NCBI RefSeq assembly: GCF_006345805.1
Contig: NC_043021.1
Location: 8,680,001-8,744,000, forward strand
DNA length: 64,000 bases
Source: Octopus sinensis
Taxonomy: Eukaryota
Reading direction: 5' to 3'
Shown: positions 51,186 through 63,639 of the stretch, one piece after another
How positions within the stretch are numbered: position 1 is the first letter of the stretch
How the letters are laid out: every line of letters starts with the position of its first letter
Program-made: the position numbers and the translations under genes
Notes under the pieces: model-generated
Databases searched by the model: none
Told to the model about the DNA's origin: nothing
The model's input: only the letters and a program-made list of their open reading frames with translations

Positions 51186-51186
51186 G

Positions 51187-51220
<34 letters not shown>

Positions 51221-51398
51221 TGGGTGGATGGATGGATGGATGGCTGTGATAGTAGGAAAGGAAAGGGGGAAGAAAAATGGTAGAATAGGTAGCTACACCC
51301 ACACATTGCAGAATATATGCGTTTTATGGTTTTCTAATTCTCTCACTCCAGCCTACTTTCTCTCCCTCCCTCCCGCTCTCTTTCTTTCTCTCTCTCTT

Positions 51399-51439
<41 letters not shown>

Positions 51440-51575
51440 ACACATAGTTCATTTAGGTTGATCCAATTGCTTGTTACTCTGCAGTTTTCTGCAGGAATAG
51501 AAACGAGATCTAAGATAAAATAGAATACTTATTACTCCACCAACGAATATATCATGCATATAAGTATACACGCAA

Positions 51576-51621
<46 letters not shown>

Positions 51622-51647
51622 ACGTATATATATATGTATGTATATAT

Positions 51648-51697
<50 letters not shown>

Positions 51698-51703
51698 TAT
51701 ATA

Positions 51704-51912
51704 CCGGAGTAAACACATAAATGTGAAACAAGGTGGAAAAAAAGAGTACTCAAATACTAGTGGTAGAGTAATATGCTTTATTTAAAGCAGCAGAAAATTC
51801 AACAAAATCTGTTACTCTGAGTTTCTCGTTGCCGTTCATCAACTGTCTGATGAACGGCTACGAGAAACTCAGAGTAACAGATTTTGTTGAATTTTCTGCT
51901 GCTTTAAATAAA

Positions 51913-51918
<6 letters not shown>
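51704..51918. mobile_element. Penelope-like terminal fragment with inverted duplication (71-bp arms)
   Basis: 51771-51841 and 51848-51918 are inverted, 2 mismatches, 6-nt loop; (TA)n on both sides. Confidence 0.75.
51843..51880 (+). ncRNA. Minimal type I hammerhead ribozyme motif
   Basis: Stem I CTGT/ACAG, core CTGATGA (51847-51853), short stem II CG-GCTA-CG with an A.A base, GAA-A, stem III ACTC-A-GAGT, GTA cleavage triplet (51874-51876). Confidence 0.65.
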
Positions 51919-51945
<27 letters not shown>

Positions 51946-52134
51946 AAATGGGACAAGAACGCAAAACATTGAAATAGACGATACAAAAAACGGACGGGTC
52001 ATTCGAAGACTCTAATCTTCAGTCAAGAACCGGATCACATACATGCCTGTATATACATATATGCATATATCGAGATCAGCGTCAGCTTGTCACTGGAAAA
52101 AGAAGTATATAGTATTTTGCTGGTGATTGTCACT

Positions 52135-52171
52135 CGCTGATGACGGGTTACTACCCAGAAATCTGGGTCCG
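52135..52171 (+). ncRNA. Degenerate hammerhead ribozyme-like motif
   Basis: CG-CTGATGA-C-GGGT TACT ACCC-A-GAAA-TCTGG-GTC-CG; only a 2-bp stem I. Confidence 0.4.
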
Positions 52172-52392
52172 TCTGTATCACGTAAGGCTAGAGATGGGAA
52201 CGATGATTTCTCTTCGCAAATACTAATCGGACACGGACACAGACAGTATGTCGTTAGCCAGCTGGAGATGTCTTCCTGGGGCTATAAACAACAGTAGCAT
52301 CTTCCCCTGTGGCTCCGCCACATTTAGGTGGGAAATATACTTCAGGATTCCGTGCTGCTACTGTTTACATCTAGCTCAGAGATTTATTGTTG

Positions 52393-52437
<45 letters not shown>

Positions 52438-52953
52438 ATATATATAATATATATATATACCCCGTAGTTTTCAGTATATTGGACAAGACACACACCTACT
52501 CCGTAGAGTACGTTATATGATTTTCTTTTCTTTTACTTAAGTTCTTCTTAAGGGACTTCAAGCCGATCGCGAACAAAGCAACACGATTTTTGAATTAAGA
52601 GAGCTCTTGGTGTTTGTAAATATATATATCCACTACAATTCTACAATTATCTATTGTATTGATCAAAAGATTTTAACTAACTACGTTTTTATAGTACCAT
52701 TCACCATCATCTCTGTATATCCCCCCTTAGAGAGGTGTGAGCGTCAACAACCATGTTTTCATATATTTTTAAAAGGTCGCATTGGATTTTTAAAAGGTTG
52801 CATTGTTACCTAAATGTATATTTTACCTGAAAAGAAGGTATGGTTAGGGAAGGACTACTTTTCAAAATGGGTTAAGTCATTCACAGTTAATCAGGTTAAT
52901 ATTCAGAGCATTTGGCAAATCATGCCAAAGCAACTTCAGAGAGAAACAAAATA

Positions 52954-53369
52954 TTTACTCTCTTTTACTCTTTTACTTGTTTCAGTCATTTGATTGTGAC
53001 CATGCTGGAGCATCGCCTTTAGTCGAGCAAATCGACCCCAGGACTTATTCTTTGTAAGCCTAGTACTTATTCTCTCTTTTGCAGAAACGCTTAGTAACGG
53101 GGACATAAACACACCGGCATCGGTTGTCAAGCGATGTTGGTGGGACAAACACAGACACACAAACATATACACATATATACATATATATATATATATACGT
53201 ATATACGACGGGGTTCTTTCAGTTTCCGTCTACCAAATCCACTCACTAGGCTTTGGTCGGCCCGAGGCTATAGTAGAAGACACTTGCCCAAGGTGCCACG
53301 TAGTGGGACTGAACCCGGAACCATGTGGTTGGTAAGCAAGCTACTTACCACACAGCCACTCCTACGCCT
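52954..53369 (-). mobile_element. SINE family T
   Basis: Family consensus. Confidence 0.87.
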
Positions 53370-53661
53370 ATTTGTTGAAATCACATGCAATAAATCTAGG
53401 CATGTAAATGTATGCTCAAGATTTAAAAGCATCTGGAAATATGTGAATGAATATATGCATTTTTATGCCTTTGTAGATAAATACATATATGAGTTCTTAC
53501 GAGCATAAGAATACATTCTTTAGTTGCACATATGTGTGTATATATATTCATATATCTATACGTAATGCATATTATATGTATATGTATACATAAAAGTCCA
53601 TATTCATATACATACATAAATATTTATATACAAATAAATACATACGTATAAGTCACACACA

Positions 53662-53714
<53 letters not shown>

Positions 53715-53782
53715 TAATATCATATATATATATATATATATATATATAGTATATATCCTATATATATATATATATATATATA

Positions 53783-54018
53783 CGAGCAAAACGCCCCCCG
53801 TCCAATGGACGGTGCTGAGTTGTCAAACAAATGCACGTTCTCACGGCTTTATGGATCGCATTCTCACCTGGAATCGATTTTCGTAATTCTTTCAAGACCT
53901 ATACACGCCCTAATACTGTCGGTATCTACATATCAAATTTGAGCGCAATCGGATGGAGGATGCCCGAAATCCTAGAAGAGACACATACAGACGGACAGAA
54001 CGGAGTTTATATAATAGA
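53783..54018 (-). mobile_element. Short non-autonomous Helitron (second family)
   Basis: Minus strand A|TCTATTATATAA 5' end, perfect hairpin CCGTCC-ATT-GGACGG near the 3' end, CTCG|T terminus (deviant from CTAG). Confidence 0.65.
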
Positions 54019-54231
54019 TGTCTTGCAAACAACTTGCACATGCAAGTGCTACCAGTTAAAAGCTCCGTATACCGGAAGCTAGCAAGTGTATGGGGTCATC
54101 AGGAGAGAATGCGCGCCGTTTCGGGGCCTACCTCTCGACGGCATCAATGCGCACCGGCCCCCCTCACTGATATGAGGCCCTGCTTACTAGATATATATAT
54201 ATATATATATAAATCATCATCATCATCATCA

Positions 54232-54445
54232 TGTTAACCGTGTTAATTTCTATACGTTTTTTTTTTTCTTTCTTCGTTTTTTTTCATTCTCTTTCCATTT
54301 TCCCCTCTTAATTCTTTCTGTCGAAAAGAGTAGGCTCGAAACGTAAAAGACTTTTCTATGCTTCCCGAGCGTTAAACTGATACACCTTGTTGTTCCTACA
54401 GCTGTCTTCGTCTGCAAATTTGAAATATATGTCACAGAGCCTCCG
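54232..54445 (+). mobile_element. Penelope-like terminal fragment with hammerhead-like motif at 54314-54349
   Basis: CTTT-CTGTCGA-...GCTC-GAA-ACGT-A-AAAG; homologous to 41316-41492. Confidence 0.55.
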
Positions 54446-54686
54446 AAAACATAAACACTGCCTGGATATCAATAGTAATAACCCGGAGCGAAATATTTGT
54501 ATAGTATATTCATTACGCCACGCCCAAAACTGCTTGTTACCACATCAAAGTAAAGAATTGGTATTAACCCATAATTACGAAAAAAGTACCCATACAGCAA
54601 AGAACTTTCTCCCAAAAGCTACATTGTGACCCTAAACATTGTAATACGAAGGAACAGATGAACTAAATATATTAAGGAAAAACCAA

Positions 54687-55140
54687 GGTGCAGGAGTGGC
54701 TGTGTGGTAAGTAGCTTGCTTACCAACCACATGGTTCCGGGTTCAGTCCCACTGCGTGGCACCTTGGGCAAATGTCTTCTACTATGGCCTCCGGCCGACC
54801 AAAGCCTTGTGAGTGGATTTGGTAGACGGAAAATGAAAAGAAGCCTGTCGTATATATATATATAATATATAATATATATATATATATATATATTATATAT
54901 GCGTGGTTGTGTTTTGTGTTTGTGTGTCTGTGTTTGTCCTCCTAGCATTGCTTGACAACCGAAGCTGGTGTGTTTATGTCCCCGTTACTTAGCGGTTCGG
55001 CAAAAGAGACCGATAGCATAAGTACTGGGCTTACAAAAGAATAAGTCCCGGGGTCGAGTTGCTCGATTAAAGGCGGTGCCCCAGCATGGCCGCAGTCAAA
55101 TGACTGAAACAAGTAAAAAGAGTAAAAAGAGTAAAGAGTA
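54687..55140 (+). mobile_element. SINE family T
   Basis: Family consensus. Confidence 0.87.
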
Positions 55141-55418
55141 ACTTAAAACATATAGCCAATACAATCAACATGGACTGCTAGATATGTCGTTTATCAATCC
55201 ATGTCATATCACACACATGATACCACAACGAAAACAAACCTAATAAAAACAAGTGGAACAGCATATCTTATAACCAACGTCCTCAAACAATTCACAAGGA
55301 AGAAGACAAGCATAGATCAATGTCTCTAAAGTTTGTTCAATATTAGAAAAGAAAATAACCGAATATACGAGTTTGTGTGTGTGTGTGTATATATCTGTGT
55401 ACGAATGGAAGTTTGTCA

Positions 55419-55419
<1 letters not shown>

Positions 55420-55457
<38 letters not shown>

Positions 55458-55866
55458 AAATGGTTTTATATAGATGGATATATGTATATATGGTTGTGTA
55501 TATGGGTATATTTATAAGTGTGTTTATATATGCGTGTGTATAAACATACGTACGCGAATGTATATAAATATTTCTTTATATGTATGTGTATATATATGAG
55601 GATGTGTATGCATATGTAGATATACGTGTTGATAGGTAATACATGTGCATACATAGATATGGATATATACTATATATATGTATATGTTTATATATATATA
55701 TATACTATATATATATATATATAATATAGATATATAAATATATATATATACATATATATGTATAAGTATATATACATAGATATATTCTATGCAATATATA
55801 TATATATATATATACAATATATATGTATAAGTATAATACATAGATATATATCTATGCATATATATA

Positions 55867-55901
<35 letters not shown>

Positions 55902-55991
55902 CTATATATATATATATACACATATATATGATCAAGTTATATACATAGATATATATCTATGCAATATATATATATATGTATATGGATATAT

Positions 55992-56041
<50 letters not shown>

Positions 56042-56138
56042 TATGTATAAGATATTACATAGATATATATCTATGCAATATATATATATATATATACACA
56101 ATATATGTATAAGTATATACAATAGATATATATCTATG

Positions 56139-56191
<53 letters not shown>

Positions 56192-56279
56192 ATATTATAT
56201 AGATATAATACATATATATGTATGTCGTATATACATAGTATATATCTATGCATATATATATATATGTATATGGATATAT

Positions 56280-56329
<50 letters not shown>

Positions 56330-56426
56330 TATAGTATAGTATATATACATTAGATATATCTATGCCAAATATATATAGATATATACACATATATGTATAA
56401 GTATATACATAGATATATATCTATGC

Positions 56427-56466
<40 letters not shown>

Positions 56467-56650
56467 CTATCTATATATATATATATATATAGATATATAG
56501 ATATATATATATATATATATACATATATATCTATATATAATAACATATATATATATATATATATATATGCATATATTTATATATATATATAACATATATA
56601 TATATAATTATAATTTATGTATGTATGTATATGTATATGTATGTATATAT

Positions 56651-56696
<46 letters not shown>

Positions 56697-56830
56697 TATG
56701 TATAAGTATATATACATGATATATCTTTGCAATATATATATATATACATATTTATGTATGTATGTATATGTATATATGTATGTATATGTACATATATATA
56801 TATATATATATATAATATATATATATATAT
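55420..56830. repeat. 1.4-kb degenerate (TA)n with higher-order units
   Basis: Recurrent ATATGTATAAG..TA..ATAGATATAT..CTATGCAATATA blocks. Confidence 0.9.
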
Positions 56831-57120
56831 CCTTATAGAGGCACATCAGTAAAAGAAAGAAATCGGCTATTTGCATTTATTTGGATATGGAATCATGAAC
56901 ATGGTGTTACTTACAAGCATATGTATATTTATATATTTACCAATAGGCACGCGGGAAATAAATTATGATAATTCAATGAATATTTTAAAGTAACATTACT
57001 CTGTATCAATCTTATCCTTTAAAAAAATCCAGTTTAAATTACTTAAAAGAAAGCTAATAATAATGATAATAACTTCGACTTCACTCTGACCTCTGCATTC
57101 TACGATAAATTGAACCGATA

Positions 57121-57519
57121 TCTTTATATATAAAAGAGTGATTGTGTGTCTGTCTCCTATGATTTAGATTCCTAACTACTCCCACATTTTGCGGTGCAGT
57201 TTAACCAAAACCGGGTATATTATAGTCGTGATTCATATCGAGCCCTTCTGGGTATTAGCGCGCGCCTACGATGAGTCTACGATTTAAAAAAAAAATTACC
57301 ATAATTTTTTTCCATTTTAATGCATTTTTTTCGCTATTATATAAGGGAAGTAACTCTCTAAAAATGTCTACGATGAGTCAACGATTTAAAAAAAAATTTA
57401 CCATAATTTTTTTTTCCATTTTTAATGAATTTTTTTGCTATTTTTTGGCTATAACTCTCTAAAAATGCTTTATAGTTATTTCCCTTACAAACCCGAGCAA
57501 CGCCGGGCGATACTCCTAG
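57121..57519 (+). mobile_element. Non-autonomous Helitron (same family as 13696-14104)
   Basis: A|TC...hairpin...CTAG|T. Confidence 0.85.
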
Positions 57520-58149
57520 TTATTCATAAACATTCTTTTGGAACCCCCGAAATAGCGTAATTTCATCTTGTGTCATGAGTGGCTGGAAAAACTTCAACTA
57601 ACAAAAATTGTGACCTGAAAATGACATGTCAGCCAAGTGAAACCTTTAAAAAACTTCTCCTTTACTTAACATTCCTTCACTGAACCTAAACAATAATAAA
57701 ATTCCTTTTATCAAACCAGGAGTCTCCACCATCTCTTTCTCTCCACCCAAACCTATAAAAAAATATATACTTTTCTTCTACCCTTCTCTACTCCTTTGCA
57801 CAGAACCTGTTCTGTCCGCATAAGCTGCACTTAATTTGCATTTACATTACTCCAACTTCCACCCAGACACTCTGCCAAAAACTATATCTAAAGTCAGAAA
57901 TACTGAAGTAAACCAGACCTTGACGACTATTAAACCAAATCTTCGAAGCCACGTTCAACCCATTCCTTGTAAACAGAAGCACACATACACACACAAGAAG
58001 CTAGGCCTAAATTTGACGATTTTAGGTCTCGTTTTGTCGGAGGGTAGCTTCACGTATTGGTGAATAGTCAACGGCGTTGGAGAGCATGTAGATTAAAATT
58101 ATAGTTGAGAAAAAATTAGCTAGCATGGACGGGCTGGAAGATTGGAATA

Positions 58150-58883
58150 GATTTTCCTGTATCGTAATGATTCGCGTCAGGTATCAAAATATCGGCACCA
58201 CAACCACCCCTCAATGTTCTGTAAACACTGTAAAGGTTGTAAGACGTGACATGGACATCATGAAAACCACATCCTCCAAAACTGTGATGGTAATTGGAAG
58301 TGCTTCCGGCGAAGATGACATTATACCACCTCACATATTTAAACAAAAGCTTAGGCTCAACTTAGACGGCTATGTAAAGCTGCTGCAGACTATTTATCAT
58401 CATCATTGTTCGACCGTGGTCGAGACAATGGAATTTACTATGTTACGCCAGACTTCACGGTCCATCATAGCATTACGGAGGTCCTGTTGCTGGATGCCTG
58501 TATCCCTGGAGATTACATCAAGGTAGGAGAGTGTGCGCCCTCTGGTATTGCGAGTAGATGGCTTCCAGAGGAGAAGAGTAGAAATTACTTCTTTTTCAGA
58601 CTATAGTCAAACCCTGGTTGAAGAGATTTGCTACTGGTGACCCTGATCATGGGGCTGTTCGAAGATCTTTTCCAGAAGACAGTGAGGAACGCACGTGCCT
58701 GGTTCAAGAACCGTTTTGAGATTCTAGTGGAAGCTGAGAGCGGTTACTTTGAGTAAACCGCTATCACTCGGCCATAATCTGGATAGTGTTTTGATTTTTT
58801 TAAATACTTTAATTTTTTAATGGGATATTGTGCTTTCTTTCCCTGTTATACAGACTACCAAATATTGCCCGAACATCCTGTAT
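58150..58883 (+). mobile_element. Deleted and decayed maT/DD37D-like Tc1-mariner transposon
   Basis: KTVMVIGSASGEDDIIPPHIFKQKLRLNLDGYVKLLQT and C-terminal AWFKNRFEILVEAESGYFE*; right end ...CCCGAACATCCTGTA; left TIR not found. Confidence 0.65.
58397..58519 (-). mobile_element. RTE-like LINE 3' end nested in the maT remnant
   Basis: Homologous to 44359-44484. Confidence 0.72.
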
Positions 58884-59774
58884 GTATGAATGTATGAAAG
58901 TATGTATATATTCACACACACACACATATGTATATATACACATACGCATATATATATATGACCTTCGAAACGTGGAGTAGATGAAATTAAGGCGACTGAA
59001 GAAGGGGAATTTTCCTTGTTTTGTATGTCCTGTACTCTATTTTTTGGTTGTTTTAAAAAAAATGTCCATTTCCTTGGTTTTGTGTTTATGTTTCATTCTC
59101 ATTGTGTTCGACGTTTTTTTTTGGTGTCCTGTACCCATATATGCATGTATATATACATGTAGAGGTAGGTACGTACATATATGTATGTATATATGCATAT
59201 GTTTTATTTATTTATTAATTTATATAAATGTATATATATATATTGTTGTTGGCATCCTTTTTGTCTCGGGAGACAATGGAGTTGCACATAAAATAATCTA
59301 GTCCGGCTTTTACATTTCATGTCCTAATATATCTCCTGCTGTGGCTGTGTAGTCCTATCCTGAACAAACACTCCTTCTGGCAGGTGCCGCAAATGTAGCA
59401 AAGACTTTGCTTGGCGTATGTTTATATATATATTTAAACATATATGTGTGTATATGTGTGCGTGCGTGCGTGCGCATACGTGTATGTGTGATCAACTCTA
59501 CCATTTGTTGCATTGAGCACTTAGTCCGTCGCAAAAGGAAAATATATTTTATATGAAGCGAAGTTTTGTGTGTGAGCTTGTGTCGTATGTATATAGGCTG
59601 TTCGCTCTCCCCGACCCCCACCTACCGCCTACAAACATGTCATAACATGACAAAACTAACGAGCAGCGAAACTACGGAATCACTAGCTTGTTTTTTCTTG
59701 TAACAAAATGGTAGACTCTACTAAAGTTTCCAAAGAATTCCGTCAACTAATGTCAGGCTGTATTCATACATTGT

Positions 59775-60065
59775 TTGTTCCTTCTGGAGCCACGCCTGGC
59801 TCATAAGGGACGGTTTCCCGGTTTCCTTGGCGTATAGGTTCCCCACCTGGACGGGTCTCCGGTCCGTCGCAGGTGAACTGCAAGATGTAGGAGAAAAGAG
59901 TGAGAGAAAGTTGTGGCTAAAGAGTCAGCAGAAGTTCGCCATTACCTTCTGCCGGAGCCGCGTGCAGCTTAGGTGTTTTCGCTCATAAACACACACATCG
60001 CCCGATCTGAGATTCGAACCCGCGATCACGAGTCCCCTGCTCTAACCACTAGGCCATGTGCCTCC
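59775..60065 (-). mobile_element. Chimeric SINE: family C' head with family B-like tail
   Basis: Head matches 26537-26690; tail CCCGTCCAGGTGGGGAA...GAAACCG..CCCTTATGAG matches 16141-16356. Confidence 0.75.
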
Positions 60066-60340
60066 ACGTATTCATACATAACTATACATAACATCAATCA
60101 TATAAATATTTACACACACACAATTAACACACAAACATACATGCACACATATTCACACACATTGCCTTACGCAGTATTTACAATTCAAGTATTATTTAGT
60201 TTAAATAGATTTAGTCAAAATTAGGCTACAGTTACTAGGACACTGAAAACACCAAGTCCATAAAAGATGTGAGATGTTTCCAGTGTAATTCATATTATTA
60301 TTATTATTATTATTATATTATTATTATTATTATTATTATT

Positions 60341-60900
60341 GAGTGAGAGATTAGTGCATGCCATCAAAGTGACACTGGGGTAAAATATACGAAGCCCAGT
60401 ATACCCATCATGACTACCCGTCTGATAAGGGTACACTAGGTACATGCATCACAACCACATGTGCGCAACATGGTGATCTCATATCAAGATAAACAGCACA
60501 TGACCTTGCAGGTGGGGGCCCAGTTAGAATTTTCTTCAGGTCGAGTAGCCCATCTTGCTCAAAAGGTCCCTGAATAAGGGTTGCTTTAGGATGTTGAACG
60601 AAACACCTATGTTTCCAGAGGTGAATTATCCAAACTCCAAAGAATCCCGCTCAACACATGGCTATGATGCCCCCCCCCCCACTACTTCTGCTCCTGATCA
60701 GAGATGCACATATCGTCAGCCACTAAGGGACATGCTCAACTGGTTAAGGTCAAACAACTGACAGGCAAATCTGTGGTATTGAGCAGAATATTTGCTGTAG
60801 CCCATCTTTTATACCAAGACAAAACAATGTACATGATAACACTTCCAATCAGTTAAGATCAGAAGCCATGAGAGCCACTGCCTGGTACTGCATCAGGGCA
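60341..60900 (+). repeat. Unclassified ~560-bp interspersed repeat, copy 1
   Basis: Colinear similarity with 61111-61575; followed by (ATT)n. Confidence 0.7.
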
Positions 60901-60933
60901 TTTATTATTATCATTATTATTATTATTATTATT

Positions 60934-61106
60934 AAGGCGGTGAGCTGACAGAATCGTTAGCTCGCTGGACGAAATACTTAGCGATATTTCGTCCGTCGCT
61001 ACGTTTTGAGTTCAAATTGCGCTGAGGTCGATAAAAATAAGTAGCAGTTGAAAACTGGAGTTGATGTGATCGAAATCCCCCCTCCCCACAAAAATCCAGG
61101 CCTTGT
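60934..61106 (+). mobile_element. SINE family A with internal deletion
   Basis: Head plus GAGTTCAAAT box. Confidence 0.7.
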
Positions 61107-61110
61107 GCAC

Positions 61111-61575
61111 ACAGCACACGCCATCAAAGTGGCACTAGGGTTGCAAATATGGGAAGCCCAATGTACTCTTTATCACTGTACGTCTGCTAAGGGTATACCA
61201 GGCACATGCAACACAACCATACGTGTGCGACACGGTGACCTCATATCAGGATATACAGCACATGGCCATTACAGGTGGGGCCCAGGTAGAATTTTTCCTC
61301 AAGGAGCCCATCCTGCTGAAAAGGGCTCTGAATAGGGTTTGTATATGGATGATGAATGAAGCACACGTTTCCAGGGGTGGGGTGGAGTGGAATTATTCAA
61401 ATCCCCATGAAATCTGCTCAACACATGGCTATGATATTCCCCCCCCCACTACTCCTGTTCGTGATCAGAGATGCACATACCGTCAGCCACTAAGGGACAT
61501 GCTCAACTGATTAAGGTCAAATAACTAACAACACAAATCTGTGGTATTGAGTAGAATATTTGCTGTAGCCTATCT
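61111..61575 (+). repeat. Unclassified interspersed repeat, copy 2 (3'-truncated)
   Basis: Shares GCCATCAAAGTG..., CAGGTGGGGCCCAG and GATCAGAGATGCACATA.CGTCAGCCACTAAGGGACATGCTCAAC with copy 1. Confidence 0.7.
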
Positions 61576-61700
61576 ACTACTACTACTGCTGCTGGTACTA
61601 CTGTTTCTGCTGCTGCTGCTGCTACTACTACTACTACTACTACTCCTACTACTACTACTGCTGCTGCTGCTCTTGCTACTGCTGGTACTACTACTGCTGG

Positions 61701-61736
<36 letters not shown>

Positions 61737-62250
61737 ACAGTTCCGTAGTTATCGTTGTCTTGCTACTAGACTCCTCGATGTTGTTGCTCTTGTTGCTGCT
61801 GCTGTTGTTTGTTGTCGCTGCCGTTGCTACTACTGCTACTGTTGATCATTCTGTTGTTGTTGTTGTTGCTGCTGACGCCGCCAGTGCAACAGCAGCAGCA
61901 GCAGCAACAGCAGCAGTTGTTGTTGTTGTTATTATCACCGCTGCCGTTGACGATAGTAAACTGCCTTTTTGCTGTAAGCTTTCTTCTCTTGTTGTTAGTT
62001 AGTTAGTTAGTTACTATTACTACTACTACTGCTCTCTGGCAACTAATAGTCAGCTGCTATTATATCTACGCCGTTCGTGCCGTTGTTATTGTTGTTAGTA
62101 CTATTATCACCGACGTTACACATCCACCAATCAGCTGCCATTGTTACAGCTACTGTTGATAGTACTACTGCTATTACAGCTGCTAGTCAGCTGCTCTTTC
62201 TGTGCTGATGTGGTAGCAGCAGCAGCAGCAGTAGTAGTTGTTATTATTTC
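61572..62250. repeat. Mosaic CTA/CTG/GTT/GCA triplet-repeat tract
   Basis: Direct reading. Confidence 0.85.
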
Positions 62251-62546
62251 TACAGTAAAAATCAATACACATCAGTTGACTAATTCCACAGTTTATTTTT
62301 AGAAGTTCTTCTTTGCCATTCAAATTTTCTTCTCTGCCATTCAAATAGCCCAGCCAAAATCTCGTTCTTATTTTCGGTCTCCATACAGTTCTTATATGCT
62401 GTCTGTCTACTCTCTTCTAGTATATTATATCATATTAATATTATATTATATTATATTATATTATACTATATTATACTATATTATATTGTGTGGTATTGTG
62501 CCTTCTTATTGTTCGTCTGTCCCTTGTGTTGCTTGTCCACTAGGTT

Positions 62547-62646
62547 GTGTCCCTACCGTGTCCACTGTTGTATCCCTACCGTGTCCACTGTTGTGTCCCC
62601 CAGCGTGTTCACTATGTTATGTCCCCACCGTGTTCACTATGTTGTG
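62547..62646. repeat. ~23-26-bp minisatellite x4
   Basis: GT(G/A)TCCCTACCGTGTCCACTGTT units diverging rightwards. Confidence 0.8.
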
Positions 62647-63051
62647 TTGCCATTGTATAGTGTTCATTATTCTGTGTCTCCCTTACATTGTGTTACGTCT
62701 CCACGCCATTGTAATATGGTGGATTGGCAAAATTGCTTGAGCGTTGGTCAAAATGTCTTGCCCGTCAACGTTGTCTTTTTTTCTTCCTGGATCGATATGA
62801 AAATACACCAGTGAAGCATTTTTGACCTTCTCTCTTCAAATTTTAAGCAGTGCACTTACTGTAGAAAGAATTATTGTGTCGTAGTGTGTTGTGCAGGCCA
62901 CACTTTTATTGACGCCATTTTACAGTTAAATTTAATATTTTCAGTTCTTTCCATCTCAGTTTTAAGTCTTGTATAAGCGTATGCCTGAGTATAAATGTGA
63001 TGAAATATCTGTTAATCTTTATCTGTTTATGTATGTATGTATGTATGTATG

Positions 63052-63110
<59 letters not shown>

Positions 63111-63639
63111 TGTGTGTGCAGCGCCAATTTTTTTTTCAATACAGAAGCTTAGTTGTCTGTCAAATTATCCAACCTAATACATTTTTGGATCCACAAGCAA
63201 CGAGTGAGTGAGTCTCTGCCAGAGTTGAACTTACGTGATATTAGCTTCTTTGCATACAGGGAAAAAGACATGATAATCTTGGCTGGAATACTTTTGATCA
63301 AAAGTGCGTTCCGTTGAGGTTGACCAGGGGTTAAACAACAACAATTTGAAAACATATGAAGACTAGGGTACTGGGCGTGCTCCTTGATGTTACTCCTGTT
63401 TAGCCCTATATTGTCCGTGATCCAGTAAATCCATCATGAACTCCATCTCCTGGGATCTCGAAGACCTGAATATTTATCAATATTGGTTTCAAATACTAAC
63501 GCAAGGCCAGCAGTTTCGGGGTAAGGAATAAGTCGATTATATCGACCCCAGTGTTTAACTGGTACTTATTTTGTCGAACTCGTAAGAATTTGAACTCAGG
63601 GTAAAGGTATTTATCTGCCTTCATTCTTTTAATGTCGAG

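Noticed and set aside
51985-52035. CTGAAGA...GAAT motif on the minus strand (also CTGAGGA...GAAT at ~7395-7425, and CTGAAGA at ~59001)
   Set aside because: No GAAA or NUH geometry and no valid stems; not called as ribozymes
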